Positions 39,701 through 49,253 of a stretch of 64,000 bases of DNA are shown here, in pieces (position 1 is the first letter of the stretch; each line of letters opens with the position of its first letter). The notes beneath the pieces were generated by a model. That model was not told where the DNA came from and made no database searches. It saw only the letters and a program-made list of their open reading frames with translations. Made by a program: the position numbers and the translations under genes. Source of the DNA: an uncultured virus (IMG/VR IMGVR_UViG_3300042878_002054) (taxonomy: Duplodnaviria > Heunggongvirae > Uroviricota > Caudoviricetes); IMG/VR virus record IMGVR_UViG_3300042878_002054, one strand, 5' to 3'.

Positions 39701-41760
39701 ATACCTTTTTCGGAATTATTTTCAACATGTAGTGTATGATGTAGATAAGAAAACGTAGAAGAGTTTATTGTATAAAAGTAATCTAAGTTTCTTTCCATTC
39801 TCTGAGGGTCCGGGTCAAACGGATTAACACTTCTGTTATAATCTTCAAATCTTATTGAATTGTTTAAAACATAAGGATAATCGTTTGCACCTAAAGAGTT
39901 TTCGAATGCCCATCTACAATGAACAGAGTTCTTTCTCCATATAGGTGAAATTTCGTCTCCTACAATTTTGAAGGTTTCATGATTTACTGTGTATTCAGAA
40001 GATGCTGGTATGTGAACAACTTTGTTTTTGTAGTTGAAATCATCTAATTCTTTAGGATGTGTAAAACTATTCAGATTGTTCATGTATAGCTTTGTCTCTT
40101 CTGTATCGGTAAGGTCGTCATCCATCTCATATTCAAATTTAGAATATTCGGTATCAACAATCTTATCATCAAAGTCTTTTATATCACTCAACCTAAGCCT
40201 ATATATTTTAAACTTTTTAGGAATAGTCTGTGCATCTACAATAAAACTTACTTTTTTAGTATAAGTAGAGTCTGTTTTGTTTATCCAATATTCGTATTCG
40301 TTTTGATAAAATTTGAAGGCATAGTCACTGTATATCTTTATAACACCATCTTCTTTTATAAGATTATGGTATACACCGTCTATTTCTATTACCCAAAGGT
40401 CCGCAAGTTCGAAATCTACTATATCAAAGTGTGTGTTGTCATAGTTCATCAACGCTTTAGTTGTTGATTCTATATATCCTATGTTTTTGTTCAAAAGTGC
40501 TTGTTTTCCAGTTAGATCAATATTTGATATTATTCTCCATTTATCTACATAAGTAGCAGTAATCTCTTGTGTTATAACCGTTCCACTGGTAAGTGGTTTT
40601 ATATCATAATATTCTTCCATTTCTGCACGAACCGCCATTGGCATTTCTTTACTTCTGGTCTTCATAGTGGTAACTCTTGCACCCTGACCTGGATTCTGAT
40701 TTTTATTAACAACTGGTTTAAGAGATGGTTTTGCTAGTTTTTCTACAAACTTTTCTACCTTATAGTATTCACCTAAATACTCTACATAGAAAGGTCTATC
40801 ATCTGACCAACCTTCTGAGAACGGATCACCAGTAGGTGATTCTAATATGTTTCCGGTCTTTATAACAGCATCTGCTTTTATGAATGGAGTTCTGTATGGT
40901 GACAAAGTTTTTACCTGATCCATCTCTTCAAGATAGAATCCGTAATATCTGTTTATAGACCACTTTTTCAACGAGTTTTCTGTTGCTGGAGTGTCATCAA
41001 AAAGAAAAGAAAAGTTTAATATGTTCGGATATATGACTTTGTTGTTTTTAAATCCGTCAAGTACGAACTTTTCAAATTCAAATATCTCTTTTTCTTTTTC
41101 AAAGTAATCTTCTAAGAACAAAGACTTTGTAGTATAGCCACCGGAATCGTAGTCTATTCCATTCCATTGTGAAAACTCCATTTTATCAAAGTTTATTTCG
41201 ACTGCAGTAGTAGGAAAATATTCGTTGTTCACAAAATTGTTATCTAACCATTCTCCAAGATTTGTGCTTTTGGTCATGTCAAAAAGCTTTACCGTTTTGA
41301 AGTTATTGAATATTTCATCTTTTATGTTATGTCTATCCAACTTTATCATACCTGGTCCATCAACTCTAAAGATGATGAAGTACTTTGGAAGTTTTCCTTT
41401 AGAGAAATGAAGAGGTGCAAAATACTCAAACTCTTCTTTATAATCTTTGTTACTTACTATATTTCGTGCACCATATTGGTATATCTCATCATATTGATTG
41501 GCAAAATTATCAGTCATCGACTCAGAATCATCTTCATACTTTATAGCAAACGCAGTATCAACAGGAAATCCCTTAAAGAAGTAAGGAATCAACTCATCGA
41601 AGTAGTTCTTCTTATTGAAACTCATTTTCTTAAGCTTTGTAACAGAAAGTTCAGGAGTAGAATCTATGCTATCTAAGCTAAGACTATAATCACTTTCCAC
41701 CACAACTTTAATGTTTGTAGTAAGACCAGCATTGGTTCTAAGTATCGCAAAACTTTTCAT
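36733..41760 (-). CDS. large probable virion protein (1675 aa) with CBM5/12-like aromatic repeats and a DUF2793-like region
   Basis: W....Y...D.V.Y....Y repeats (WKMDKDYKKSDIVVYNDILY, WNPSSTYKPKDYIVHHEILY); GDKYLVG...LRYDGKNW. Confidence 0.7.
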   Translation of the reverse strand: MKSFAILRTNAGLTTNIKVVVESDYSLSLDSIDSTPELSVTKLKKMSFNKKNYFDELIPYFFKGFPVDTAFAIKYEDDSESMTDNFANQYDEIYQYGARNIVSNKDYKEEFEYFAPLHFSKGKLPKYFIIFRVDGPGMIKLDRHNIKDEIFNNFKTVKLFDMTKSTNLGEWLDNNFVNNEYFPTTAVEINFDKMEFSQWNGIDYDSGGYTTKSLFLEDYFEKEKEIFEFEKFVLDGFKNNKVIYPNILNFSFLFDDTPATENSLKKWSINRYYGFYLEEMDQVKTLSPYRTPFIKADAVIKTGNILESPTGDPFSEGWSDDRPFYVEYLGEYYKVEKFVEKLAKPSLKPVVNKNQNPGQGARVTTMKTRSKEMPMAVRAEMEEYYDIKPLTSGTVITQEITATYVDKWRIISNIDLTGKQALLNKNIGYIESTTKALMNYDNTHFDIVDFELADLWVIEIDGVYHNLIKEDGVIKIYSDYAFKFYQNEYEYWINKTDSTYTKKVSFIVDAQTIPKKFKIYRLRLSDIKDFDDKIVDTEYSKFEYEMDDDLTDTEETKLYMNNLNSFTHPKELDDFNYKNKVVHIPASSEYTVNHETFKIVGDEISPIWRKNSVHCRWAFENSLGANDYPYVLNNSIRFEDYNRSVNPFDPDPQRMERNLDYFYTINSSTFSYLHHTLHVENNSEKGISRFYFDIDKYLGTDTYADGTTTKKYNFDYFSWFFDRKTTFLSNQIQKNTRKYSLFSGGDQTIPNITLFRGIKFLIHEVDGIKKNSNGQIETINTKTSNKFEDYKFSILLSHKSNGMYWDVIDEWKMDKDYKKSDIVVYNDILYRALRNSKTTMPTVNKNSIQIKALPYNLSADWEYYVDPDMIMFNPLNSQNNYYSKGSDTLSKAVVYNSGDFYMFNGYEKPIDFWNPIIAYKTNSRLFRDSNGRISHMGYSMGSIVLYRGDYYKSTLDNNIYPPNYTQEFLNSVNSWQKYWEKISPVDANSTRWIEIQIWNPSSTYKPKDYIVHHEILYIANNLATTISSGDEPGISNLWNRLYSFVEDTTFKYQPNKNPLIKTNNEYYQIISNPWEMTLENGINIYINEKWKHVFVNIAINDNTLTGLSNKNRDELYVSLNKKLTAMNFIAAINNLSNKHDFTDYINYKVIDSNGVLKNYNFDNIESLPYIIFAEKPERVDIKVNSLNISQVKVSGLKASKTLPDGKIDDITELNYFNNTHIATTIETNQNNPVVRKNYHGGENIINDTVFRFGGNYVPLFYDIELFKKDNATEYNEMQIALNVENTQELIFSFKRNGTAVEKRYTIYSGASYSYVSNTIFTVQNNPVVKPTSPSASSIRELGSAISRSNTPIVIATQTNSPNPSLVWTAGALEGDKYLVGTSPTLDWSGTYSVPGTSSVFLRKNSIASVVRGLVDPTGTFIPASSTASIVGWTSTYASLSGTWSYTPPEINDVVYIKDLDTNLRYDGKNWITHIISTTGVFRNVSNFVGAGFYNQIKSIILNESIFSGIDFIFETHPVDSTYVVDDVRKGFLDYDKTQKENGLMRNYNILSVKYKSTYGDLKVDISRIKPTFSIDITDFTSFGSSLLVTLGATGMNPPFQWAFGYSPEISYDSDMFATQSFTTSNTYSILDSPDTPMIFDVKVMDATGLTSSVGYYSINQTDPIPTNGTFSYITL

Positions 41761-41784
41761 TTATAGTATTTCCTTTAAAATTTT

Positions 41785-44700
41785 TTAGTCAAATATGTTT
41801 CTGTTGAAAGTAGATACCTGTGCCTCTCTTAGTGCGAACTGAGAAGGTCTGAAGTTATCTCTTATTGCTCTGGTTGTATAAGGAGTTGTAAACGAATCCG
41901 GTCTTTTGAATATAACTTTGTTTCTGTTTATGTTGAACTTGATAGTAAATGTAAACGGTTTGTTTTCTGCCTCATTTTCAAGTGAAAATTTCACCTTTTT
42001 AATATGTTTGACTGTTTCTCTAGCATTATTAAAGTTTACATATTTGTAGTTCAAGCCGTTTTGGTTTGTATCTAAAGCGTTAAGTTTAAAGTAAATGTTC
42101 AAAGGAACTATAGTAGAATTTGTATCACCAGTTTTCATAGTGTATACTTTATCTGAATTAGTTTCTACAATATCATCAAGGTCTTTTACTACAGGATGTA
42201 TAGTAGTAAGAAGTTTAGTTGTAGAACTTACCGTTACGTTAGTATCCAACCACTTAGAGTTATCTAAAACAGACTTGTTGTTTCCTACAAAAGAAAGTAT
42301 AGTAGTTTCGTTATATCCTAAGTTGTATTCGGTAGAAGAAAGAACATTCGTTATAGAGTTACTTGCCTTTGTTTTAAAAGAGTTTCCTATGTTCTCGCCT
42401 AGTTTGTTTACACTATTAGAAGTGATTGAACTATAGTTCACCGCCCAAATAAACTGGTTGTTCATTTGAGTTCTAGTTTGTCCAGAAGTATCTGTTGTTA
42501 TTAACTCATCATGGTCATTTACCCAAAAAACCTGTGGAGAGTTTGAGTTGTAAGCAGTCGCATTTGAAGTATAACTTTTATCTGAAAGTAATCCTAATGG
42601 GGAGTCAACAGATTTGTTTTTAACTTTTACAACAAAATCTTTTATTACATAAATATTGTTTGCATAAACTCTACCTGTAGGGATTCCAGTTGCTTTGTAA
42701 GGATCTAAGTAGTCTTCACATTCAATAGTGAATGTAGTTTCAGAACCATTAGAGATAATAAACTCTTGGTTGTTTCTAAGAATAACAATCTCAAGTTCAC
42801 CTTTAGCTCTTTTGATTTTTTCTTCTAAGCCTTTAATTCTGTCTTCCATCTTTTTAAGATATTCATAAAGGTCTAATGCAACACCATTTTCATCTTTAAA
42901 TCCAGATAGTATTTTATCAGAATCGTGATGGTACGTTTTACTATTTAAAGTAACCGTATCAGAAAGGTGATCATCCAATCCTTTGGCAGACAATTCTGCA
43001 TCCATTCTAACCTTTAAGTCTTCTTTAGTTGCTTCCTTCAATATAAAGTCATTGTCGTTAAGAACATTATTAAGATCCGTTGGAAAAGCGACAGTCAATA
43101 TTTCAGACCAATCAGATTCTACTGCAGACTCAGGCCACCCAACTTCTGAAATAGATTTGATTCTTATTTCGATGTTTTCATTTGCTTGTATAGCTAAATC
43201 CAACTGGTTTATGTTTGGAGTATCTGCCGCCGTAACATCTTCTATTTGCCAAGAATACTGACCAGTTCCTTTATCAAAAGTTCTTTTTCTAGCATCAGTT
43301 TTAAACTCATTCCAGTTTGAAAAACTAGCAGTTTTTTGAGTATCATCTACTTTAAAAGTTTCGATAGGAGTTTCTTTTCCATCTTTACTGATGTATCTGT
43401 ATTGAACTCTGAACTGAACTATTTCCTGTGGTTTAGTTCCTCTGGTTATTATCGCATCAGGTATTGTCCAGAATCCTCTAACTCTAAACTTAGGCTCTAC
43501 CTTAGACATAGGATTTCTCGATATGTCTATAATCTCTTGTGTAAGAGTTGCAGCCAATCTTGACTTACTTTCTTTCTTTTTAGTAAGATCTTGTATTTCA
43601 AGTAATGCTTGTTTTTTACCAGAATCCGATTGATATTTTTCTACCTTTGCTTTCTTGTTTTTATCCAAAATGGCTTGTTGCAATTGGGTAAGCTCAGATT
43701 TTAACGTTTGTTGTTGGTTGTGCTTTTGCTTTATTGCATTTGAATCAGCGGTATCCGTAAGGTGTTTGTTTATCTGAACAACTTTGAAGTTTGTCAAATT
43801 AAGAGTAGGTGCCACAGGAGTTCCTGCAAGTTTGTTAGGAGTTTTCTTTGCTACTAAATCTTGAATAACTGTTCCATAATCATAAACAAAATCAGTATAG
43901 AATTGTTCCATAGTAGTTCCATTGTCAGAAGAGTTTGCACTCAATCTAAGGTCATTAGACCAATATCCTGTTCCTGGACTCCAAGTTCTACAAAGTAAGT
44001 TATTATCAGTATTCAACGCCTTTGCAAAAACTACGTTTCTTTCGTTGTATCCAATACTGATTTTTATCATTTTGTTATATATAATAGGAGAGTATATTTT
44101 CAATACTCCAATACCTACAGGTATTGCTTCCATTCCTTCTACTTTTTCAAATCTTACTCTTGGATTTGTTTCTGCAGTAGAAACTTCGATTACTTTATAT
44201 CTTGTTGATGTTTGGTTTCTGTTTATTATTACTTCACTACCAACTGAAAGTTTTTGAATACCATTTGTAGAAATATTCAAATAGTCTAATGTATCAAGTA
44301 CGTACCAAAGTTTTCTATTAAGTCTGTCTTCTTGTATTCTTAATATAGAAAAGTTTCCTTCATAAAGAAGTTCGTTTGGATCTAAATCAAATACTTGTTC
44401 ATCCATTCTAGGATTCAAAGGTGCTACAACACCAGGAGTAGTTCTGTGCCAGTTTTCGAAATCTGTGATTACAATATTTGATGTGTTTCTAAAAAGCTGA
44501 TTGAATGAGTTAAGAGCTGCTTGCCCTGTATTTGTTATTGTTCCATTTGCATCTTTGTTAAAATCAACAATATATCTCCTAACTTGTACTTTTCTAACAT
44601 TGTCTTCTACTTGACCAGATAAATCTATTTCAACAGATAACATTGGGTTAAGCATAGAATCAAAAAACCAGTTATTAGTTGCTTTGAAAGAGTTTACCGT

Positions 44701-45033
44701 ACCAAGATTAGCAATAGGTGAAGGCTCTCTGTTTAAGTCAACCGTTATAAGCTTTTTAAAGTTGTTTGGAGATGTCTGTATAAGAGATCCGGTAGTATCG
44801 ATACTATATAAAGAGTTGATATTGTTATTAAGCCTATCTATCTCAGATTTCAAAGAGTTAACAGATGGTATAGCGAAGTTTCTTAAAACTCCGTTGTCGT
44901 CGAATATCTGCACATTTACAGACGGCTCGGTTGTTGTAGTAACACTATTTATTTTTGTAAGTATGTCAACGATGTTTTTGTTGAAGCTTATTACTTGATC
45001 CGCCACTTTAGGAAATGAACTTTGAATTGCCAT
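41785..45033 (-). CDS. large probable virion protein (1082 aa) with coiled coils
   Basis: Long ORF heading the late block; TTAATATATAC upstream. Confidence 0.7.
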   Translation of the reverse strand: MAIQSSFPKVADQVISFNKNIVDILTKINSVTTTTEPSVNVQIFDDNGVLRNFAIPSVNSLKSEIDRLNNNINSLYSIDTTGSLIQTSPNNFKKLITVDLNREPSPIANLGTVNSFKATNNWFFDSMLNPMLSVEIDLSGQVEDNVRKVQVRRYIVDFNKDANGTITNTGQAALNSFNQLFRNTSNIVITDFENWHRTTPGVVAPLNPRMDEQVFDLDPNELLYEGNFSILRIQEDRLNRKLWYVLDTLDYLNISTNGIQKLSVGSEVIINRNQTSTRYKVIEVSTAETNPRVRFEKVEGMEAIPVGIGVLKIYSPIIYNKMIKISIGYNERNVVFAKALNTDNNLLCRTWSPGTGYWSNDLRLSANSSDNGTTMEQFYTDFVYDYGTVIQDLVAKKTPNKLAGTPVAPTLNLTNFKVVQINKHLTDTADSNAIKQKHNQQQTLKSELTQLQQAILDKNKKAKVEKYQSDSGKKQALLEIQDLTKKKESKSRLAATLTQEIIDISRNPMSKVEPKFRVRGFWTIPDAIITRGTKPQEIVQFRVQYRYISKDGKETPIETFKVDDTQKTASFSNWNEFKTDARKRTFDKGTGQYSWQIEDVTAADTPNINQLDLAIQANENIEIRIKSISEVGWPESAVESDWSEILTVAFPTDLNNVLNDNDFILKEATKEDLKVRMDAELSAKGLDDHLSDTVTLNSKTYHHDSDKILSGFKDENGVALDLYEYLKKMEDRIKGLEEKIKRAKGELEIVILRNNQEFIISNGSETTFTIECEDYLDPYKATGIPTGRVYANNIYVIKDFVVKVKNKSVDSPLGLLSDKSYTSNATAYNSNSPQVFWVNDHDELITTDTSGQTRTQMNNQFIWAVNYSSITSNSVNKLGENIGNSFKTKASNSITNVLSSTEYNLGYNETTILSFVGNNKSVLDNSKWLDTNVTVSSTTKLLTTIHPVVKDLDDIVETNSDKVYTMKTGDTNSTIVPLNIYFKLNALDTNQNGLNYKYVNFNNARETVKHIKKVKFSLENEAENKPFTFTIKFNINRNKVIFKRPDSFTTPYTTRAIRDNFRPSQFALREAQVSTFNRNIFD

Positions 45034-45079
45034 TTTAATCTATTGATTTTTTAGTATATATTAAATGTTGCCTTTTTCT

Positions 45080-45110
45080 TTTGGTATTAGAGAATATTTT
45101 TGTATATTTG
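45080..45110 (+). promoter_or_regulatory. Bacteroidota sigmaA-type promoter TTTG-N19-TATATTTG
   Basis: Full -33/-7 consensus 4 nt before the ligA ATG. Confidence 0.7.
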
Positions 45111-45114
45111 TAGT

Positions 45115-46944
45115 ATGATAGATCAATTGAAAAATAGAATTAAAGAAGCTAATGAAGCTTACAGAATTGGAAAGCCTGTTATGTCGGATTCGGAATACGA
45201 CATTCTTATTGAAGAATTGGCTGAAATGTCTCCAGAAGACGAATTGTTGTCTGTTGTAGGCCACGAGATATTAGACGAAACAAGAAAAGCTCGTCTACCT
45301 ATTCCTATGGCATCAATGAACAAAATCAAAACACTTGATGAAATCAAAGACTGGCAACGTCTTAAACTTATTCCAAATGCAGTAGAAATCATATGTACTC
45401 CTAAGTACGATGGACTTTCTTTATGTGTAGACGAGGTTATCGGAGAAGCAATAACTCGTGGAGATGGTTTATATGGTCAGCGTTCGACAGAACACTATAG
45501 ACTTATTGGTAACCATTTAGATATAAACAACATCTTCTCATATAGTTATGGAGAAGTTATCATGCCTAAGCAAGTTTTCTTAGACAAATACTCAAACGAC
45601 TTTGCAAATCCAAGAAACTTAGTTGCGGGTTTAATAAACTCAAAAACAGTTTCTGAGTCACTTAGAGATTGTAACTTCATCAAATATGGTGCTGTTACAG
45701 CAAAGAACACATTCACGACAAAAAAAGAATTATTAGATTCTTTAAACGAAAGACAAGAAACAAAAGTGGCTTACCATGTTTGTGGAATATTAGACTTATC
45801 AGAAGATTTACTTATCTCTTTATTCAAAGAGTGGTCTGAAGATTATGAAATCGACGGAATCATCTTAGAAGTAAACAACTTAGCAACACAAGAGTCTTTA
45901 GGTCGTGAGACATCATCTGGAAATCCAGTATGGGCTCGTGCATTCAAACACGAAAGTTTCGAACAAAAAGCAGAATCAGAGGTTATTGGTATTTCTTGGA
46001 ACATATCTAAAAATGGTTTACTTAAGCCAATCATTCATATCAATCCTATTAGATTAGACGGAGTTACCGTATCTAACGTAACAGGAAACAATGCTCGTTT
46101 TGTAAAAGATATGGGAATCGGTGTTGGTGCCAAAGTAATCGTTAAGAGATCTGGTATGGTTATCCCTAAAATAGTTGACGTTGTTCAGACAGTTGATTTT
46201 ATTGAACCAACGATTGAAGGTATTGATGTTATATGGAATGAGGCAGGTATCGAACTTATAACATTAACAGAAACAGAGGATCAAAAACTTAAAAAGATTG
46301 TTGCTTTCTTTGAAATATTAGAAGCTGACAATGTTGGTGAAGGTGTAGTTACACAACTATGGGATGCTGGATACAAAACAATCAAAGACGTACTAAACAT
46401 CACAGTTGACCAGTTAGAAAGTATTGACCGTTTTGGTAAAAGAAAAGCTAAGATTGTATTTGACTCAATCAAAAAATCAATCACTGGAGTTCAGTTGTCT
46501 AAAATACAACATGCATCTGGAGTGTTTCCAGGCTTAGGATCTAAAAAACTTGCTTTGTTGGAACACTTTGATGGTAAGCCAACTATAGATCAAGTTATGG
46601 AAATAGAAGGATTTGCTGAGATTTCTGCGAGAACTTTCGTTGATAACTACGACATTTTTCGTACATTTGTTGAAGGATTACCAGTGACTATTGAACAAAA
46701 AGTAGAAGTTGTCTTAGCAGGTACAGATTTAGTTGGTAAGACATTCGTTTTCACAGGTGTTCGTAGAAAAGACTTAGAAGAAGTTATTGTTAGTAGAGGT
46801 GGTGTGATTGGTGGATCTGTATCAAAAAACACAACTTACTTAGTAATGAAAGAGAAAGGTTCTGGTTCTAGTAAAGAAACAAAAGCAATCTCTCTTGGAG
46901 TTGTAATCTTGACAGTTGAAGAGTTAGAAGACTTATTAAAATAA
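45115..46944 (+). CDS. ligA: NAD-dependent DNA ligase
   Basis: YRIGKPVMSDSEYD, motif I PKYDG, TRGDG, NPRN, IDG, OB fold, HhH repeats, BRCT (FVFTG...GSVSKNT.YLV). Confidence 0.95.
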   Translation: MIDQLKNRIKEANEAYRIGKPVMSDSEYDILIEELAEMSPEDELLSVVGHEILDETRKARLPIPMASMNKIKTLDEIKDWQRLKLIPNAVEIICTPKYDGLSLCVDEVIGEAITRGDGLYGQRSTEHYRLIGNHLDINNIFSYSYGEVIMPKQVFLDKYSNDFANPRNLVAGLINSKTVSESLRDCNFIKYGAVTAKNTFTTKKELLDSLNERQETKVAYHVCGILDLSEDLLISLFKEWSEDYEIDGIILEVNNLATQESLGRETSSGNPVWARAFKHESFEQKAESEVIGISWNISKNGLLKPIIHINPIRLDGVTVSNVTGNNARFVKDMGIGVGAKVIVKRSGMVIPKIVDVVQTVDFIEPTIEGIDVIWNEAGIELITLTETEDQKLKKIVAFFEILEADNVGEGVVTQLWDAGYKTIKDVLNITVDQLESIDRFGKRKAKIVFDSIKKSITGVQLSKIQHASGVFPGLGSKKLALLEHFDGKPTIDQVMEIEGFAEISARTFVDNYDIFRTFVEGLPVTIEQKVEVVLAGTDLVGKTFVFTGVRRKDLEEVIVSRGGVIGGSVSKNTTYLVMKEKGSGSSKETKAISLGVVILTVEELEDLLK

Positions 46945-46947
46945 TAT

Positions 46948-47262
46948 ATGAGCGATTTTGAAAACGTTGCATTTCCACACGTAAGATACATAGGTGGATC
47001 TAAATCAAAGAAGGACAAGACCGGATACTATATGGGTGGCGAGTCCGAAGAATCGGATAGTGTTCTCATATTAGGTAAAGAATACAAGCTATCCTATCTA
47101 TGGTTCTCTCCGAACAGTGAAGAGAAAAGAAGATACGTTTGGGCGTGCAAATCAGAAGATTTGACAGAGTACGGGTCAAAGAAATACGCAAACGTCAATC
47201 CAAAGAACTTTGGAACGATTGCTGATTTAAGAGAAAGAAGAATAAACCAAATATTAATATGA
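46948..47262 (+). CDS. hypothetical protein with C-terminal RERRINQIL motif
   Basis: ORF; shared motif. Confidence 0.7.
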   Translation: MSDFENVAFPHVRYIGGSKSKKDKTGYYMGGESEESDSVLILGKEYKLSYLWFSPNSEEKRRYVWACKSEDLTEYGSKKYANVNPKNFGTIADLRERRINQILI

Positions 47263-47885
47263 CAGACTTTTATAAACCAGAAGACGGAGATGTCGTGAAG
47301 ATTCTTCCTATCTTGAAGAAAGACGGAACTTTCTGTTCCTTCATAAAGACAGGATTTGTTTACTTGGCCCCAGATGGAAAACTGATATACGACCAAGCCA
47401 ACTATCTGAGAAGAATCCGTCAAAATGAATATGTTAAGAAATCTAACAAAATTCCGAACATCGGAGAAAGGTTTTGGTTCTTCGTATTGATAAACGAAGA
47501 GTTCAAATTCATGCAGACTGGTAAGAAACTTACCGATATAATAAAAAAAGGACTATATCAAGGTCAGTCGATGGGTAGTCTATTGACCGGGAATGGACAT
47601 CTGAAGATATCCAAGAAGCATGTACAGACTGGTGTGAATTCAGCTCAGTTTCCGTGCTTTGACGAATCAAAGATTGTCGAAAAGAAATGGAATTCTCCAA
47701 ATATATCAACTCAAACAGATGCAGTTGAGTGGACAATGAAAAATCAACCTATTTTTATTGAGGATTACTTAGAAAGTAATGGTATATTTGCTAATCTGAA
47801 ATTACTAAATGAATATTTCGATAATGCTTTTTCTGACCTTATAGCAGAGGATAGAAATAAAAAACTAGAGACTATAGGAATATGA
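47259..47885 (+). CDS. divergent gp32-like ssDNA-binding-fold protein with C-terminal RNKKLETIGI
   Basis: VVKILP, FKFMQTGKKLTDII, FPCFDESKI recall gp32-family IRFLP / FGKKI.D.I / NYD.S.F. Confidence 0.45.
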   Translation: MTDFYKPEDGDVVKILPILKKDGTFCSFIKTGFVYLAPDGKLIYDQANYLRRIRQNEYVKKSNKIPNIGERFWFFVLINEEFKFMQTGKKLTDIIKKGLYQGQSMGSLLTGNGHLKISKKHVQTGVNSAQFPCFDESKIVEKKWNSPNISTQTDAVEWTMKNQPIFIEDYLESNGIFANLKLLNEYFDNAFSDLIAEDRNKKLETIGI

Positions 47886-47938
47886 TAGATACGCTACATA
47901 AATGCCACGTTTTTGATAAAATTTGCTTACACAAGACT

Positions 47939-47966
47939 AAACTTTTAATATATATTTTGATATAAT
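47939..47966 (+). promoter_or_regulatory. putative ECF-type promoter AAACTT-N16-TATAAT with TTAATATATA nested in the spacer
   Basis: Upstream of the sigma gene; the same geometry recurs at eight other gene starts. Confidence 0.55.
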
Positions 47967-48059
47967 AAAGGATAGTTATATCATAGGAAGCAAATAAATT
48001 TTAATAAATAAAAATCAAAAGCAATCAACAGAAGTTGACTAAAAATAAAAAGCAATAAA

Positions 48060-48659
48060 ATGGAATCAAAAGCAATCTTATTCAGTGATCAAGAAAAAAT
48101 CTTCGTAGAAAGAACAGGTAAAGACTTCTCAACATTATACAAGAAGTATTACCCAAAGTTAATCTACTACACATCAAAAATGTGCAACGATCCTCAAAAA
48201 GCAGAGGACATCTCAACGGACTCTTTCCTGACTGCGTTTGAGAAAATAGACAAATACGATGTCGAAAAAGCACAATTCTCAACTTGGCTATTTACTATAG
48301 CAAAAAATCTCGCATTACAAAGCATTAAAAATGACAAAAGAAGTATTTCTTTGGACGTTGAATATGACGACGAAGGAACTACTATGAAAGACTTTATCAC
48401 ACAAGAAGAAAGTGATGTAGTTCTACATGATGTTCAAGACAAAAAAGCCGAAATAATGAAAAAACATATCGACAGTCTAAAAGAACCTTATAGAAGTGTT
48501 ATTGAAATGAGAGAAATCAAAAGAATGTCTTATAAAGACATATCTGACACATTAGGCAAAAACTTAAGCACAATCAAATCTCAGATAAGAAATGGAAGAG
48601 CCATTCTTGTTAAAGAAACTGAAAGCGAGTTCAAGCAGATTGACGAAATGTACCTTTAA
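48060..48659 (+). CDS. ECF-type sigma-70 factor
   Basis: Region 2 (AEDISTDSF...FSTWLFTIAKN) and region 4 (SYKDISDTLGKNLSTIKSQIRNGR). Confidence 0.92.
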   Translation: MESKAILFSDQEKIFVERTGKDFSTLYKKYYPKLIYYTSKMCNDPQKAEDISTDSFLTAFEKIDKYDVEKAQFSTWLFTIAKNLALQSIKNDKRSISLDVEYDDEGTTMKDFITQEESDVVLHDVQDKKAEIMKKHIDSLKEPYRSVIEMREIKRMSYKDISDTLGKNLSTIKSQIRNGRAILVKETESEFKQIDEMYL

Positions 48660-48684
48660 TTTACTAACCTTAAAACTTTAAAAA

Positions 48685-49251
48685 ATGGCTACAAACTTGC
48701 AGCTACCAAAGGAGAGAAACATCTACTTTTCAAAGCAGGTGGATCAATCCTCTATTGGTGATTTGACCAAAAATATCATCGAAATAAACGAAGATGACAA
48801 ACATATTAAAAAGATGTACGCTGTATACGGCATCGAATACAAGCCAAAGCCAATCAAGATATACATCGACTCTTATGGAGGTGCGGTATACCAATGTTTT
48901 GGACTTTTATCTGTAATGGAGAGAAGTAAGACTCCAATCCATACAATCGTAACAGGATGTGCGATGAGCTGTGGATTCTTAATCTTAATATCAGGACATA
49001 AAAGATTCGCTCACAAAATGTCTACACCATTGTATCACCAAGTCTCTTCTGGGGCGTTTGGAAAAGTACAGGATATGGAAGAGAAAGTTGAAGAAGCAAA
49101 AAGGCTACAGAAACAGATTGAAGAATATACTATGGAAAGAACCAATATTGAAAAGAAGAAACTTAAAAAAGTTTTAGAAAACAAAATAGACTGGTTTATG
49201 ACAGCACAAGAAGCAAAAGATTTAGGAGTTATTGACGTAATACTAGACTAA
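48685..49251 (+). CDS. clpP: ClpP-like serine protease subunit
   Basis: IYIDSYGG, GCAMSCG (Ser), LYHQ (His), DWFMTAQEAKDLGVID. Confidence 0.92.
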   Translation: MATNLQLPKERNIYFSKQVDQSSIGDLTKNIIEINEDDKHIKKMYAVYGIEYKPKPIKIYIDSYGGAVYQCFGLLSVMERSKTPIHTIVTGCAMSCGFLILISGHKRFAHKMSTPLYHQVSSGAFGKVQDMEEKVEEAKRLQKQIEEYTMERTNIEKKKLKKVLENKIDWFMTAQEAKDLGVIDVILD

Positions 49252-49253
49252 AA

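Noticed and set aside
47886..48059. tmRNA or tRNA partner for SmpB in the larger intergenic gaps
   Set aside because: Gaps are too short and AT-rich, with no tRNA-like acceptor or T-arm sequence seen; a covariance search would be needed to exclude it formally.
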